This document shows positions 20,548-30,754 of a DNA stretch of 64,000 nt, in pieces (position 1 is the first letter of the stretch; each line of letters opens with the position of its first letter). Source of the stretch: Candidatus Poribacteria bacterium (GTDB lineage Bacteria > Poribacteria > WGA-4E > PCPOR2b); contig OZ244587.1 of NCBI GenBank assembly GCA_965218095.1, forward strand, positions 4,320,001-4,384,000. The letters are read 5' to 3'. The notes under the pieces were generated by a model. That model had not been told where the DNA came from, searched no databases, and saw only the letters and a list, made by a program, of their open reading frames with translations. The translations under genes were made by a program, and so were the position numbers.

Positions 20548-21058
20548 TTAGGTGCTTTCAGTATCTAAATCTATTTGCCCCTCACCACGCTCATAATAAT
20601 GGTGAACATCACGTTGTGGGAAAGGAATGGTGATGTTGTGTTCACGGAACTTCCGATCTCGCAACACCAATCGTAAGTATTTAGATAGGGGGGACCGCCC
20701 CGATCACCACTGCCAAAAACCAAAGAAGTTTGGTGAGGCTCAATTCGGTCTGTCCAACTGGAATTGAGTAGTTCAGGACGCGCTCCAACAGCGTGAGGTC
20801 AATGCCGAGGACCGTGAGCCCAAAAACCAGCCCAAAGGCAAGCACAATGAGGAAGACAAGCCAGAGAATACGCTCTTGGGCATGCTCATCTATTTCTAAT
20901 CGTGCGATGAACGGACGCAAGAGCCGGCGCAAAAACCGGGTAGCTATCAGAAATAAGATAAAAATGAGTAGAAATTGAATGACGTTAAGCAGGTTGATTG
21001 TTGTTCCTGCTAACGGTTCTCTAAATAGCCGATCGAACCATAGAATCAAATCATCCAT
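20548..21058 (-). pseudogene. MscS-family mechanosensitive channel gene with a large internal deletion
   Basis: N-terminal TM helices join, after a +1 slip in a C6 run, directly to the C-terminal KFREHNITIPFPQRDVH. Confidence 0.75.
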
Positions 21059-21078
21059 TCCTCTCCTCCTACACTTGT

Positions 21079-21284
21079 TAGGACTTACGCACTTTGGATT
21101 TTGGAGACTGAAAGCGGACAGCTCGGTACGGGTATTATACCAAAGTGGGCGAGCAGGCGAGCAGGCGAGTGGGGGAGCGAGGGGATATGCGGGAATCCCG
21201 TTCTCCCGCTTTCTCGTTTTTTTGTCCTCTCATCCTGCCGTTCGATGAGCCTGTCGAATCATCAGTTTCAAAGCGTAAGTCCTG
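21079..21284. mobile_element. MITE with YAGGACTTACGC terminal inverted repeats (206 bp)
   Basis: TAGGACTTACGC..GCGTAAGTCCTG with 5-bp TSD CTTGT on both sides. Confidence 0.88.
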
Positions 21285-21439
21285 CTTGTCTTTTCACAGT
21301 ATGATCTGCTTGAGCGGTTTCGCACTCAGTCAAGAGCGTTTTGGCCTCTTCAAAAACGACGTCGCCTGCCATCACAACCGAGCGAGCGGCATGAGCCACT
21401 GGTTTTAGCCGCCATTCCGGCTTTGTGTGAGACCTGCCT

Positions 21440-22561
21440 TTAACGCTTCACAAAGCGAGCGGGTGAGAAAATCTTCATTGGCTTATCCCAATGCCCGTCT
21501 ACTATCAGTTCTTTGATAATTTTTGCGGTAATCGGACTGCCGGTGATGCCCATCGTAAAGTGCCCGGTTGCCACAGCGACATTTTCCCATTCAGGGAGTG
21601 CGCCAATCACCGGGAGACCATCCGCGCAGAAGGGTCGCAAGCCGGACCACATCCGATTGATGCGCCCATCACGCAAACGCGGCACCACAGCAGAACCCCT
21701 TTCCAGTATGTCAGCGACGCCTTCGGGGGTATTGCGTTTATCAAAGCCGACATGTTCAATCGTCGCCCCAACGTAGAACGAACCGTCTGCTTTTGGGATA
21801 ACCGTCCCTTTGCTGGAATTGATGGGGCGTTGGAGTAGACGCTCAATGGTTGTAACAGCCAACATCTGTCCACGCGACGGGGCAACGGGAATGGTAATGT
21901 CCAACGCTTCGCAGAAGGTCCGGCTCCATGCCCCCATTGCTATCACCAGATGTCCTGCTGCAATCTCTCCTTCGTTGGTTTGGAGGGCGGAGAAACGCCG
22001 GCCAGACCTGCCAATGCCGGTGGCAAGACATCCCTCAAGAACACGTGCTTTTCGGAGGGAAGCGGCTCTCGCCAGCGCCAAAACCAGACGGCCATTATTG
22101 ATGTATGCCTCATCGTGGGAAAAGATGCCGCCACAAACCGTTGGCGCCAGTTCGGGTTCAAGGGAATGTATCTCCGCTTTGTCCAGCCATGTCATCGCCA
22201 TCCCAAACATTTTCTGCCATATTTGGAAGCGCGCAAATACCTCTGCCTCCTCCGCCTCGCTTGTGGAAATCCTGAGAATTCCAGAGGTGATATGTTCCAC
22301 ATCGATTCCCGTTTCCTGTTGGAGCGCCGGTACGAATGAGGGAAACATCCGTGTCGAAGCTAGGTGAAGATCGAAGAGCTCCCGCTTCTCCGCCGCCATG
22401 TGTAAGGGCACCAGTAGCCCCGCAGCCGCGCTGGAAGCCTCCGCTCCGACCTGACCTTTCTCCACGACGACAACCTCAAGTCCCGCCTTCGAGAGCTCGT
22501 AAGCAATGAAACACCCAATAACGCCACCGCCAACCACAACCACATCCACTGTTTGATTCAT
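21440..22561 (-). CDS. thiO: Glycine oxidase / FAD-dependent D-amino acid oxidase family protein
   Basis: VVGGGVIG, ASSAAAGLL, RGQM, WSGLRP..DGLPVIG, ATGH; ThiO-like, although no thi genes are adjacent. Confidence 0.75.
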   Translation of the reverse strand: MNQTVDVVVVGGGVIGCFIAYELSKAGLEVVVVEKGQVGAEASSAAAGLLVPLHMAAEKRELFDLHLASTRMFPSFVPALQQETGIDVEHITSGILRISTSEAEEAEVFARFQIWQKMFGMAMTWLDKAEIHSLEPELAPTVCGGIFSHDEAYINNGRLVLALARAASLRKARVLEGCLATGIGRSGRRFSALQTNEGEIAAGHLVIAMGAWSRTFCEALDITIPVAPSRGQMLAVTTIERLLQRPINSSKGTVIPKADGSFYVGATIEHVGFDKRNTPEGVADILERGSAVVPRLRDGRINRMWSGLRPFCADGLPVIGALPEWENVAVATGHFTMGITGSPITAKIIKELIVDGHWDKPMKIFSPARFVKR

Positions 22562-22742
22562 CTGCCTCTCCTTCTGTTACGATAATCGCCATCTGCAAAA
22601 TCTCGGAATGAGTAGTTTTAGGCTTTTTACATTTTTTGCTTGATATATCTTGTGCCTTTTTGTTAGGATGTTTTACGTTACATGCTTACATATATGCTAA
22701 GATACTTTAACCTGAAAAAGTTAGGTGGTGAGAAAAATAAAG

Positions 22743-23072
22743 ATGTTGAGAAAACGCTTTTTAACCTTACTTTTGTTGGTTGTTTTACTTTCATGTGATA
22801 AAAGGGATAAGCAAACTGATGAGATTCCGGTATACCAACTTGAGGCTTTTGTAAGGACTGAAGGTGAAGCAATGACGACTCGGGTAGGGCGGATAGTGAA
22901 TGGTGATTATGAGGATGCGAAAGGCCTCTGTGATGATATTCGTGATGAACGGATAGCATTTGACAAAAAGATGAAGAAGGCTTTGGGTTTGACAGTACCT
23001 GGTTATAACGCTTGGATGTATCTACACGACGATCAAACTGCAAAAATTCCTGCAATGAAGTTACAAACGTAA
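22743..23072 (+). CDS. Hypothetical lipoprotein, probably truncated
   Basis: Basic n-region, hydrophobic h-region and LLSC lipobox; AT-rich; degraded coding-like sequence continues downstream. Confidence 0.5.
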   Translation: MLRKRFLTLLLLVVLLSCDKRDKQTDEIPVYQLEAFVRTEGEAMTTRVGRIVNGDYEDAKGLCDDIRDERIAFDKKMKKALGLTVPGYNAWMYLHDDQTAKIPAMKLQT

Positions 23073-23639
23073 GTATCATGATGCTGTTTGGAAACTAGAA
23101 AAGCGGTGTTATGCTTTCCTTAAAAATAAGAAGTGATGGGAGAATCTCATAATTCTCACAATTTATGAAGGTTGTATGATGGTTAGGATAGCTAAGCCTT
23201 CTAATTCCTTAGATGAAATTCGAGATCTTCTGAAAGAAGCTGTTGAAATTGGATAATGTAGTATTTTACGCTACAAAAAAATTATAAGCCCACATCTAAG
23301 TAACCCCCAAAATCTTACACATTATATGCTATTCATTATCTCACATTGCAACGAACTTTGCAATGTTGAAAATGTTCTGATACAAATTCCCCACGAGAAA
23401 AAACAGGTTGAATTTCGGTGTTATCGGTCGTAAACTTTGCGATGAAATGATTCGGCGATACATTCACCCCAAAACTACCAATCGAAAGGAGGTGGCTCTA
23501 CTCAATCGTCGGCAAACCCGTGAGTATTTGCCGACGACTCATACTTGAAGTCTGTCTGGACCTGTTTTTTCTGGGTCAGCCCCTCGGCAAACTCGATTGA
23601 GCCCATGCGTGGGGAATTTGTAATGTTCTGAGTTTTTTA

Positions 23640-23668
23640 TTGACTTAATTTCTCCCCTGCGCTACACT
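23640..23668 (+). promoter_or_regulatory. Sigma70-type promoter
   Basis: TTGACT-17 bp-TACACT upstream of the 23748 gene. Confidence 0.6.
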
Positions 23669-23747
23669 ATTAAAGATTCGCACGCGGAACAAGCAGCCGG
23701 CTTGCCCTGCAATTCAATCTGCCACAATACCGGAAGGAGAATGAACC

Positions 23748-24383
23748 ATGTCCTTCTTGAGAAAAAGCTGGGCATTCACAATTGCTCTGGTCATTTTGCT
23801 TGGCATCGGAGCATTCACGCTATACAGCACCAGCAAAAAAACCGACCCGATAAGGGTCTATGAGTTACCGGGGTCAAGTTCTCGCAGTGCTGTTGCGTCG
23901 CAAGTGGCACAGGTCAGAACGCCACCCGGTGCATCGACGCAAGAGAACTGGCTCCGCAACGACAACGTTGCCACGACGCTAAATCCTCCAACTGATGTAC
24001 CGGCGGAAGAGAACTTGGCAGAAACCGTTCAGGTCGCACAACACAACAGCGACACCCGCTCGGGGGATGACCCAACCTTCTCTCACTCGAATCCTGTGCC
24101 GCGCGAAGCTATAGAAGACGCAAGGCGTGATTTGGAATGGTTCGACGCTTCAGATAAGTATTATGAAAAATTCTCGGTACTTGATGCGGAATTTGATAAA
24201 TTGCAAGAAGAGTTTCATTCACTTATGTCCCGTGATTTAGACCAAACCCTTCGTGATTTGGCTGACCCTTCTTATTTACCTAGGCTGAAGGCTTGGCAGG
24301 CCAAAATGGAGGCTTGGGAGAAAAAGGACGAGGAATTGTATCGAGAAAAACCAGTTCGTCCAATTCCCACCCACATACACTAA
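23748..24383 (+). CDS. Hypothetical membrane-anchored protein with helical C-terminus
   Basis: AAGGAG RBS, N-terminal TM segment, low-complexity linker, coiled-coil-like end. Confidence 0.7.
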   Translation: MSFLRKSWAFTIALVILLGIGAFTLYSTSKKTDPIRVYELPGSSSRSAVASQVAQVRTPPGASTQENWLRNDNVATTLNPPTDVPAEENLAETVQVAQHNSDTRSGDDPTFSHSNPVPREAIEDARRDLEWFDASDKYYEKFSVLDAEFDKLQEEFHSLMSRDLDQTLRDLADPSYLPRLKAWQAKMEAWEKKDEELYREKPVRPIPTHIH

Positions 24384-24439
24384 GCCGAAGTCTATTTATG
24401 AAAGGAGTCAACTCATTTTTCATTTCATTTGCTTCCGTC

Positions 24440-24720
24440 TTAACCCATTCTGCTTGATCCATCGAGTTGCCAGTTCCCCTTGATGGCATAGATATTGATT
24501 TGTTGACTCGAAGCAACCGTCAGAATCTCCATACACTCCAGCATTGACCGCCCCAACCGAGATAACTCGCTGACGATTATATGATCACCAACTTGTAAAT
24601 CCTTAATCACACCTCCAATCTTTCGTTTTCTACAACTGACCCGTCCACTGACAATCTCTTCCACCCAAACGACCTGCCCCAGTTTTTTCTCGTTCGCAAA
24701 GAGCAGAATCTCTGCTTTAT
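24440..24720 (-). pseudogene. Serine recombinase (resolvase) fragment
   Basis: EEIVSGR..GDHIIVSELSRLGRS; both ends are missing. Confidence 0.8.
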
Positions 24721-25128
24721 GTACTTACCCCCATTGTCTAGACAAATGTTGGGCAAAACTTGCTCTGTGGATGGAGAAAAACGCACTCACATCTCTGAAA
24801 ATTCGTGTCCAACAAAATTTCTTCTGGATGTTTGCGCTATTTTAGCTTATAATACTTCCGAGAAATAATGTCAAGAGGGTTTAGCGCGACGATTAAAGCC
24901 AATTGGAGGGCATGAGAACGCTTGAATTTCTGTTCTCGTTGCCACTGTTTCTCAAACGAAAATAACTCACGATGGAGTTTCTCTGTGGGACTACAACGGA
25001 GTATCTCACAGCGTTCACAGGTAATCATGTCATTTCCAAATGAAATGGCGTAAATAACAACTCAGAGACAACGGTGTTATCTGACAGATGCCCTGGCTTC
25101 TCAAACCCCATGATGAAAAGAGAAGAAA

Positions 25129-25555
25129 ATGGCGCGAGCGGAACATGATGATACTGTCAAGGCACACTGACTGGTACACTGGAAGATGGCACCGTGTTCG
25201 ATTCATCGATGAACCGTGAACCACTAGAATTTACAATCGGTGAGGGGAAGCCAATCCCCGGGTTTGAACAAGTGGTTCTTAGGATGAGTCCTAGCGAGTC
25301 AAACACCGAAACGGTGTCAGTTTCCCAGGTATACGGCCCACACCGGGAAAATGGTACTGGAGGTTGATAGAGAACAGATACCGCTAGACCTGAAACCCGG
25401 AAGTCGGTCAGCAATTACAAGTTTGCCGCGAGAATGGATAGACAATCCAGGTTGTGGTTACTGATGTTTCTGAATTGAAGGTAACATTAGATGCCAATCA
25501 TCCGCTGGCGGGAAAAGATCTCATTTTCCAGATTCAACTTCTTGAGATTACTTAG
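25129..25555 (+). pseudogene. FKBP-type peptidyl-prolyl isomerase (SlyD/FkpB-like), frameshifted
   Basis: Not in the ORF track. [41 protein letters not shown] spread over several frames, with an internal TAG. Confidence 0.88.
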
Positions 25556-25664
25556 ACGCCTCATCTATACCATGAGGCCCACCGAAATCAATCCTGGGCT
25601 TGCTTTGCGAAGCCCAGAAACGTTTGCAAATTTTGAACAACATCTTTTGAGAGAGGAAATTCAG

Positions 25665-25976
25665 ATGAATATTTATGTCGGTAATCTGTCATTTGATGCT
25701 ACGGATGAGGACTTGCAAGAGGCTTTTAAAGCCTTCGGACAGGTTGAATCCGCTCAAGTGATTCAAGACAACTACAGTGGACGATCCAGAGGATTTGGAT
25801 TCGTCGAAATGCCTGACAAGGAAGAAGCAGAGGCGGCGATTTCCCAGTTAGATGGAACAGAGTTAATGGGACGGGCTCTGAAAGTAAATGAGGCCCGCCC
25901 TCGTTCTCAGCGCCGCGATCGAGGCAGAGGAGGAGGAGGAGGAAGAGGTCGGAATGATGACCGCAACAGATGGTAA
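25665..25976 (+). CDS. RRM-domain RNA-binding protein with Gly/Arg tail
   Basis: RNP2 IYVGNL and RNP1 RGFGFVEM; GAGGA RBS. Confidence 0.95.
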   Translation: MNIYVGNLSFDATDEDLQEAFKAFGQVESAQVIQDNYSGRSRGFGFVEMPDKEEAEAAISQLDGTELMGRALKVNEARPRSQRRDRGRGGGGGRGRNDDRNRW

Positions 25977-26007
25977 ATGATGCTTTGGCTCGATAAGTTT
26001 ATAAAAG

Positions 26008-26044
26008 AAGCACCGGGTGATATCATCCACCCGGTGCTTTTTTA
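26008..26044 (+). terminator. Rho-independent terminator
   Basis: AAGCACCGGGTG / CACCCGGTGCTT stem followed by a T-run. Confidence 0.85.
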
Positions 26045-26057
26045 GTTCGATACGTTG

Positions 26058-26370
26058 TTTAGCCTGCTTTCCCAGGACAGACTGACCGTAACTTCACGTC
26101 TCAGCCGTGAGGATTCATAGAGCCAATCAAAAATCCCGTTAGTGTACAGGAAGGTGTCCCCAAGAATGGGAGAGGGACGTTCTTCACGGATGGCTCTCAC
26201 GAATTGCTTGATTTCATAACAATATCTGTGCTTCCTTCCGGAAGTTCAGCCGGTGTGACATCCTGTAAATTGCTGTATTCCCCGTGCGATAGACGAAGCT
26301 TCGGTTCTGAATCGAAGGGAAAGATTTCAACAACTCCACGGCTGCCAGCAATCCTCATTTGCCATTAATC
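26058..26370 (-). pseudogene. C-terminal fragment of a Gfo/Idh/MocA-like oxidoreductase
   Basis: MRIAGSRG..EIKQFVRAIREERPSPI..LYES..RREV; no N-terminus. Confidence 0.55.
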
Positions 26371-26420
26371 CGGGAAATTATACTGCGGACGGTCACAAAT
26401 GACGCTTTCGTCGCCTGAAT

Positions 26421-26451
26421 CCCCGATGGATCGGGATTTCGCTTCACTCAA
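26421..26451 (+). mobile_element. 31-bp micro-element, copy A
   Basis: CCCCGATGGATCGGGATTTCGCTTCACTCAA; 28/31 identical to the reverse complement of 49541-49571; interrupts a heptamer array. Confidence 0.75.
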
Positions 26452-26630
26452 CTTGCATCTGGCATTGATACAGGATTCAAGATGCAAAATGGTGGTGGTG
26501 TAAGTTATGACCTATCGTAGTATAGTACGCGTCCGAGAATCGGATACACTCTACGATTTTTATCTGTCTCAGGGAAAATGGGTAACATTATTCTGACCAT
26601 TGCACAATCTTGGAAAAAATGAGGAACATC

Positions 26631-27185
26631 ATGACTACAAAGTTAGAAACAGCAACACTCGGCACCGGATGTTTCTGGTGCGTCGAAGCCATTTTTCAAG
26701 ATCTCCAGGGCATACATGAGGTGGTTTCCGGATATGCAGGTGGCACAGTTGAGAATCCGACCTATCAACAGGTTTGCACTGGCACGACCGGTCATGTGGA
26801 AGTCGTGCAGATGACTTTTGAGCCCCAGGTCACTTCATTTGAAGACTTGCTATATGTTTTCTGGCGAACCCATGACCCAACGACCTTGAACCGGCAAGGC
26901 GGCGACGTTGGAACTCAATACCGTTCTGTGATTTTTTATCACAGTAAGCAACAGAAAGCCATCGCAGAAAAATCCAAAAAGGAAACAGATACTTCAGGAT
27001 TATGGCCGAATCCCATCGTCACGGAGATTGAGCCTTTTCCCCATTTTTACCCGGGAGAGACATATCACCAGAATTATTATCGGCTGAATCCCTATCAGCC
27101 ATATTGCCGGTTGGTGATTGACCCTAAAGTTCGGAAATTCAAGAAAGCGTTTCGGGATAAGCTCAAAGATGAGGCGCCCAAATAA
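26631..27185 (+). CDS. msrA: Peptide-methionine (S)-S-oxide reductase
   Basis: GCFWC, SGYAGG, HDPTTLNRQGGDVGTQYRS, YHQNY. Confidence 0.96.
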   Translation: MTTKLETATLGTGCFWCVEAIFQDLQGIHEVVSGYAGGTVENPTYQQVCTGTTGHVEVVQMTFEPQVTSFEDLLYVFWRTHDPTTLNRQGGDVGTQYRSVIFYHSKQQKAIAEKSKKETDTSGLWPNPIVTEIEPFPHFYPGETYHQNYYRLNPYQPYCRLVIDPKVRKFKKAFRDKLKDEAPK

Positions 27186-27496
27186 GTGAGGAGGGCACCC
27201 TGATTGACTGACAAAACTCGGTCGGATCGATGTCATGGCTCGTTTTATCCGATTTCTCATGCGTTGTGAAAGATGGAAGCCAGGGAGCGAGGGAGCGTGG
27301 AGGCGGGCAAGGGCGAACCTCACAGGATCGCTCTCTCACATATTGGTCTGAATCCCGATCCTATCGGGGCTCGCCCCCTCTGTTGTTTGACAAGCCCCCG
27401 ATGAAGCATTGGGAGCAAAGTGAGTTATGATGCGTATCAAAAGTCACACAAATGTTAGGATGCACTTTCTTTTGACATGAGCCAACCTTTTCAAAG

Positions 27497-28603
27497 TTAA
27501 AAATGCTGCGCCGGCTCAAGCCGTGTTTCACCTATTGTCCGGTCAAATAAATGCACCTTGGTCGGGGTAAAACGAACAGCGATGTGTTCGCCGCGGTCAA
27601 TGCGAGCGTCAGGGTGCGTGCGTGCTTTGAAAGTCGTTCCGTTCAATTTCAATGTCAGAAATAGGTCGCTGCCCAACGGTTCACGTACCACAACGATGGC
27701 GTGGGCAGTAGGTGAGTCGTCAGGCAATACCTCAATATCCTCCGGGCGAATGCCAAGCTGTACTTCGGCGGAAGGGTTTGCGATTAGGCGCTGTGCGGTT
27801 TCCGGCGTAAATTCACAAGCAAATCCTGCGCCTTTCACCCGCCACTGCCCACTTCCATCGTCCTGTAACTCTCCCTCAAAGAAATTCATCGGTGGACTCC
27901 CGACGAAACCAGCAATGAACACATTGGCGGGCTGGTTGTAAATTTCTTCAGGCGTGGCCAGTTGTTGTAGCTTCCCCTTATTAAGTACCGCAATCCGATC
28001 CGACATGATGAGCGATTCAGCCTGGTCGTGGGTGATATAGACGAATGTCTTTTCTAGCTCGACATGCAGCCGCTTGAGTTCAGTGCGCATAGTCACGCGC
28101 AATTTGGCATCGAGGTTCGAGAGAGGTTCGTCAAGCAGGAACACCCGTGGATCGCAGCCGATCGCACGTGCCAGTGCCACCCGTTGTCGCTGCCCACCGC
28201 TGAGTTCACGTGGCTTCCGTTTGAGCAGGTGGTCAATCTCCACTGCCTTTGCCGCCTCCTGCACGCGACGCTCAATCTCATCGCCCGGCATGCGACGCAT
28301 CCGCAAGCCAAAGGCGATGTTATCGTAAACCCGCATGTGTGGGTATAACGCGTAGGTTTGAAAGACCATCGCTATATCGCGTTGCTCCGGTGCCACGTCA
28401 GTTACATTGTCGGTGTCGAAAAACACCTGTCCGTTTGTCGGTGCTTCGAGCCCCGCAATGATGTTCAGCATCGTGGTTTTGCCACAGCCTGACGGCCCCA
28501 GCAAAGTCAGAAACTCGCGGTCTGCAATTTCCAGTGTCAGGCCGTCCACCGCAACGATGTCCCCGAAATGTTTTGTGAGGTGTTCAAGAACAACTTTTGC
28601 CAC
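27497..28603 (-). CDS. Sugar ABC transporter ATP-binding protein (MalK/UgpC-like), orphan
   Basis: GPSGCGKT, LSGGQRQR, LLDEPLSNLD, FIAGFVGSPPMN. Confidence 0.93.
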   Translation of the reverse strand: MAKVVLEHLTKHFGDIVAVDGLTLEIADREFLTLLGPSGCGKTTMLNIIAGLEAPTNGQVFFDTDNVTDVAPEQRDIAMVFQTYALYPHMRVYDNIAFGLRMRRMPGDEIERRVQEAAKAVEIDHLLKRKPRELSGGQRQRVALARAIGCDPRVFLLDEPLSNLDAKLRVTMRTELKRLHVELEKTFVYITHDQAESLIMSDRIAVLNKGKLQQLATPEEIYNQPANVFIAGFVGSPPMNFFEGELQDDGSGQWRVKGAGFACEFTPETAQRLIANPSAEVQLGIRPEDIEVLPDDSPTAHAIVVVREPLGSDLFLTLKLNGTTFKARTHPDARIDRGEHIAVRFTPTKVHLFDRTIGETRLEPAQHF

Positions 28604-29040
28604 GAAATTTATCCTCTCCCTTGAGAAATCTTAGTCCCTGGTACACTGTGAAATGTGTTCTGACCTATTCCCGCTTCTGGTAGGATCCGGATATGGGAAC
28701 GGGGAAAGGCAATGGATCCACCCTCACCCCCAACCCTCTCCCGTCGTCAAGGGTTCAGGGGCGGACAAGAGGAGAGGGAATGAATGCTCGCTTTCCTGCT
28801 CGTTCCGAAGCTCCCCGATAGATCGGGGCAGGTCCGCCTCGCGGACTCTTGGAACGAAGCTGTGCTCGTCCGATTGCTTTGAATCCTCGATGCTTCATCG
28901 GGATCTGATCGGACTTCGCTCCAACCTGTTTCGGAACGTCATTCAGGAAGCTCTACTTCCCCACTGCGAAGTGGAGCTTCGCCAACGCCGGTTCCCAATT
29001 TACCAAAGTCAAACTATCAGCCATTTATAAAAATTAGGAT

Positions 29041-30329
29041 TCACTGCTTAGCAGGCAGAACCCATGACTCCTCCTGATACCGATTAATGGCGTCTGCATC
29101 ACCCAGGATCGACAGGAAATACGACTGTAGTAAGGCGCCTCCCAGGCCATACCCGTAATGCGTCTGCCATTGAATGGGGACTTCTGCAAGATGAAGATGA
29201 AAGTACCAGTTAAAGGTGCTGATACCATTGGCGCCGTCGTTGTACAAATCCATCGCAAGCTGGCAAATCTCGTCCTTGTAGCGTTGCAATTTTGCTGTAT
29301 CATTGACTTCGATGGGCCCCTTGTACGGGTCCATCTCCCCCAGCTAGGCAGCGGGAACAGGGTCGGATAGATAACGACTGCCTTATCCCTCGCTAATGCG
29401 GCAAACTCGGACGTCTTTGGCGGTCCAGGCCATCTGGGCCAGAACAAGGAGGGACAAACATAATCCACCCATTCTGCTTCAATCTAGGTCGTCACATCCA
29501 ACCCGAGATCTCTACAAGAGATGTCGGTTCTCACGTTTCCGCCCGGATACTCGGTCCCTGGTGCATCCGCCAGAGATGGGCCAACTCGCACTTCCAGAAG
29601 CAATTTCTTTTGCCCCTTTACCCGCGCTGTTTCATCCAACATTTGGTAGGTCTCCCTGACCATCTTCGTTAAGATTAGGTAGTTCTCATGAGGGCTCGAG
29701 ATCATGTGAGTCCAACGATGGAAGTCAAATTCAATTCCATCAATGTCGTACCGCTCGGCGACCTCGGTAAAGATCTTCAGCCGATGCTCGTAGACCTCTG
29801 GAATGGCGGGGTCTAGCGCGCCGGTGTTAGGAATCAACCATTCCGGATGTGCACGCCCAAAATCAGATAGCTTCCAGGTGTGATTGTACCAGCCCTCCGG
29901 ATTCATGCGATAACTGTCCACAATTGGTACGTTGCGTTCGCGGCAGGCTTCGATCGTCAGGGTGAAAGGATCTGTTCCCGATTCGCGCAATTTAATCATG
30001 AAATTGCGTTGACGGATTGCCCTATCATCTTCTACATCAGGTGTGCCGTGGACAAGCGCCGTCGTTTCGACGATGTGCTTGTCAAACGTGTTCTCCACTT
30101 CGGTGGGATAAAGAACCGCTTCGGGCAAGCCCGCGTTCTGGGCGAAAACGCCCGGCTTTGCGTCCAGGATGGCGGTAACCGTTCGCCGGTAATCTTCGGT
30201 GGTACTATTGCTGCCATCCATCCCACAAAGGATGTTATTACTGTCGTTATTAAAAATTGTGCCGAACTTCTTGTTATCCACGAGGACATCTCCCGTTTGA
30301 TGCCATATTGAAAGCGAGTTCCGATCCAC
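29041..30329 (-). pseudogene. Glycoside hydrolase-like TIM-barrel (GHL10/DUF187-like) gene, frameshifted
   Basis: IFNND, SYRMN, RYDIDGIEFDF and GANGISTFNW lie in three successive frames. Confidence 0.7.
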
Positions 30330-30386
30330 TGCAACGAGTTGTTATACCCACTCGATTTTGAAATGACATTATCGGGCAGTTCTATG

Positions 30387-30640
30387 TCATTCTGTGCCGC
30401 TGCCGTTGGGAGCTTCAGAACAGGCTCCCTGTCCAAGCAGTTCCTTCCGTACCTTGGCAACGCAGAGGTCTCTCAGGGGTATCCCCTCCTTAACTGCCAC
30501 GGCGGCTACTACCCACGCCGCTTGCCCTACGGCCGCGGTCATCCCTTGATAGCGCAGCACAGAATAGTCCGGCTGGCCGGTTACCAAAATGCCGTCCAAT
30601 CCCTTGGGTATCAGGCTCCTGTAGGGAAGTTGCCATCCTC
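30387..30640 (-). pseudogene. C-terminal fragment of an FAD-dependent oxidoreductase
   Basis: LPYRSLIPKGLDGILVTG..GQAA..AAVAVKEG..L..QG. Confidence 0.6.
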
Positions 30641-30754
30641 CGGGTGCCTTCCGAGCTTTTCATCCTTTGACGTGCCTCAACCGAATCATCATTGCTTGAG
30701 TTTCGTGAAGCTTTCCACAGCATAGTGTAATTTGGATTTCTATGTGCAAATCGC

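Noticed and set aside
23505-23600. Riboswitch at the hairpin TCGTCGGCAAA..TTTGCCGACGA
   Set aside because: It is a single hairpin without the other conserved c-di-GMP-I elements, and it lies upstream of the predicted promoter. An Rfam scan would be decisive.
25491-25664. N-terminal extension of the RRM protein in the ORF track
   Set aside because: It overlaps the slyD-like pseudogene in another frame; the RBS and RNP2 motif place the start at 25665.
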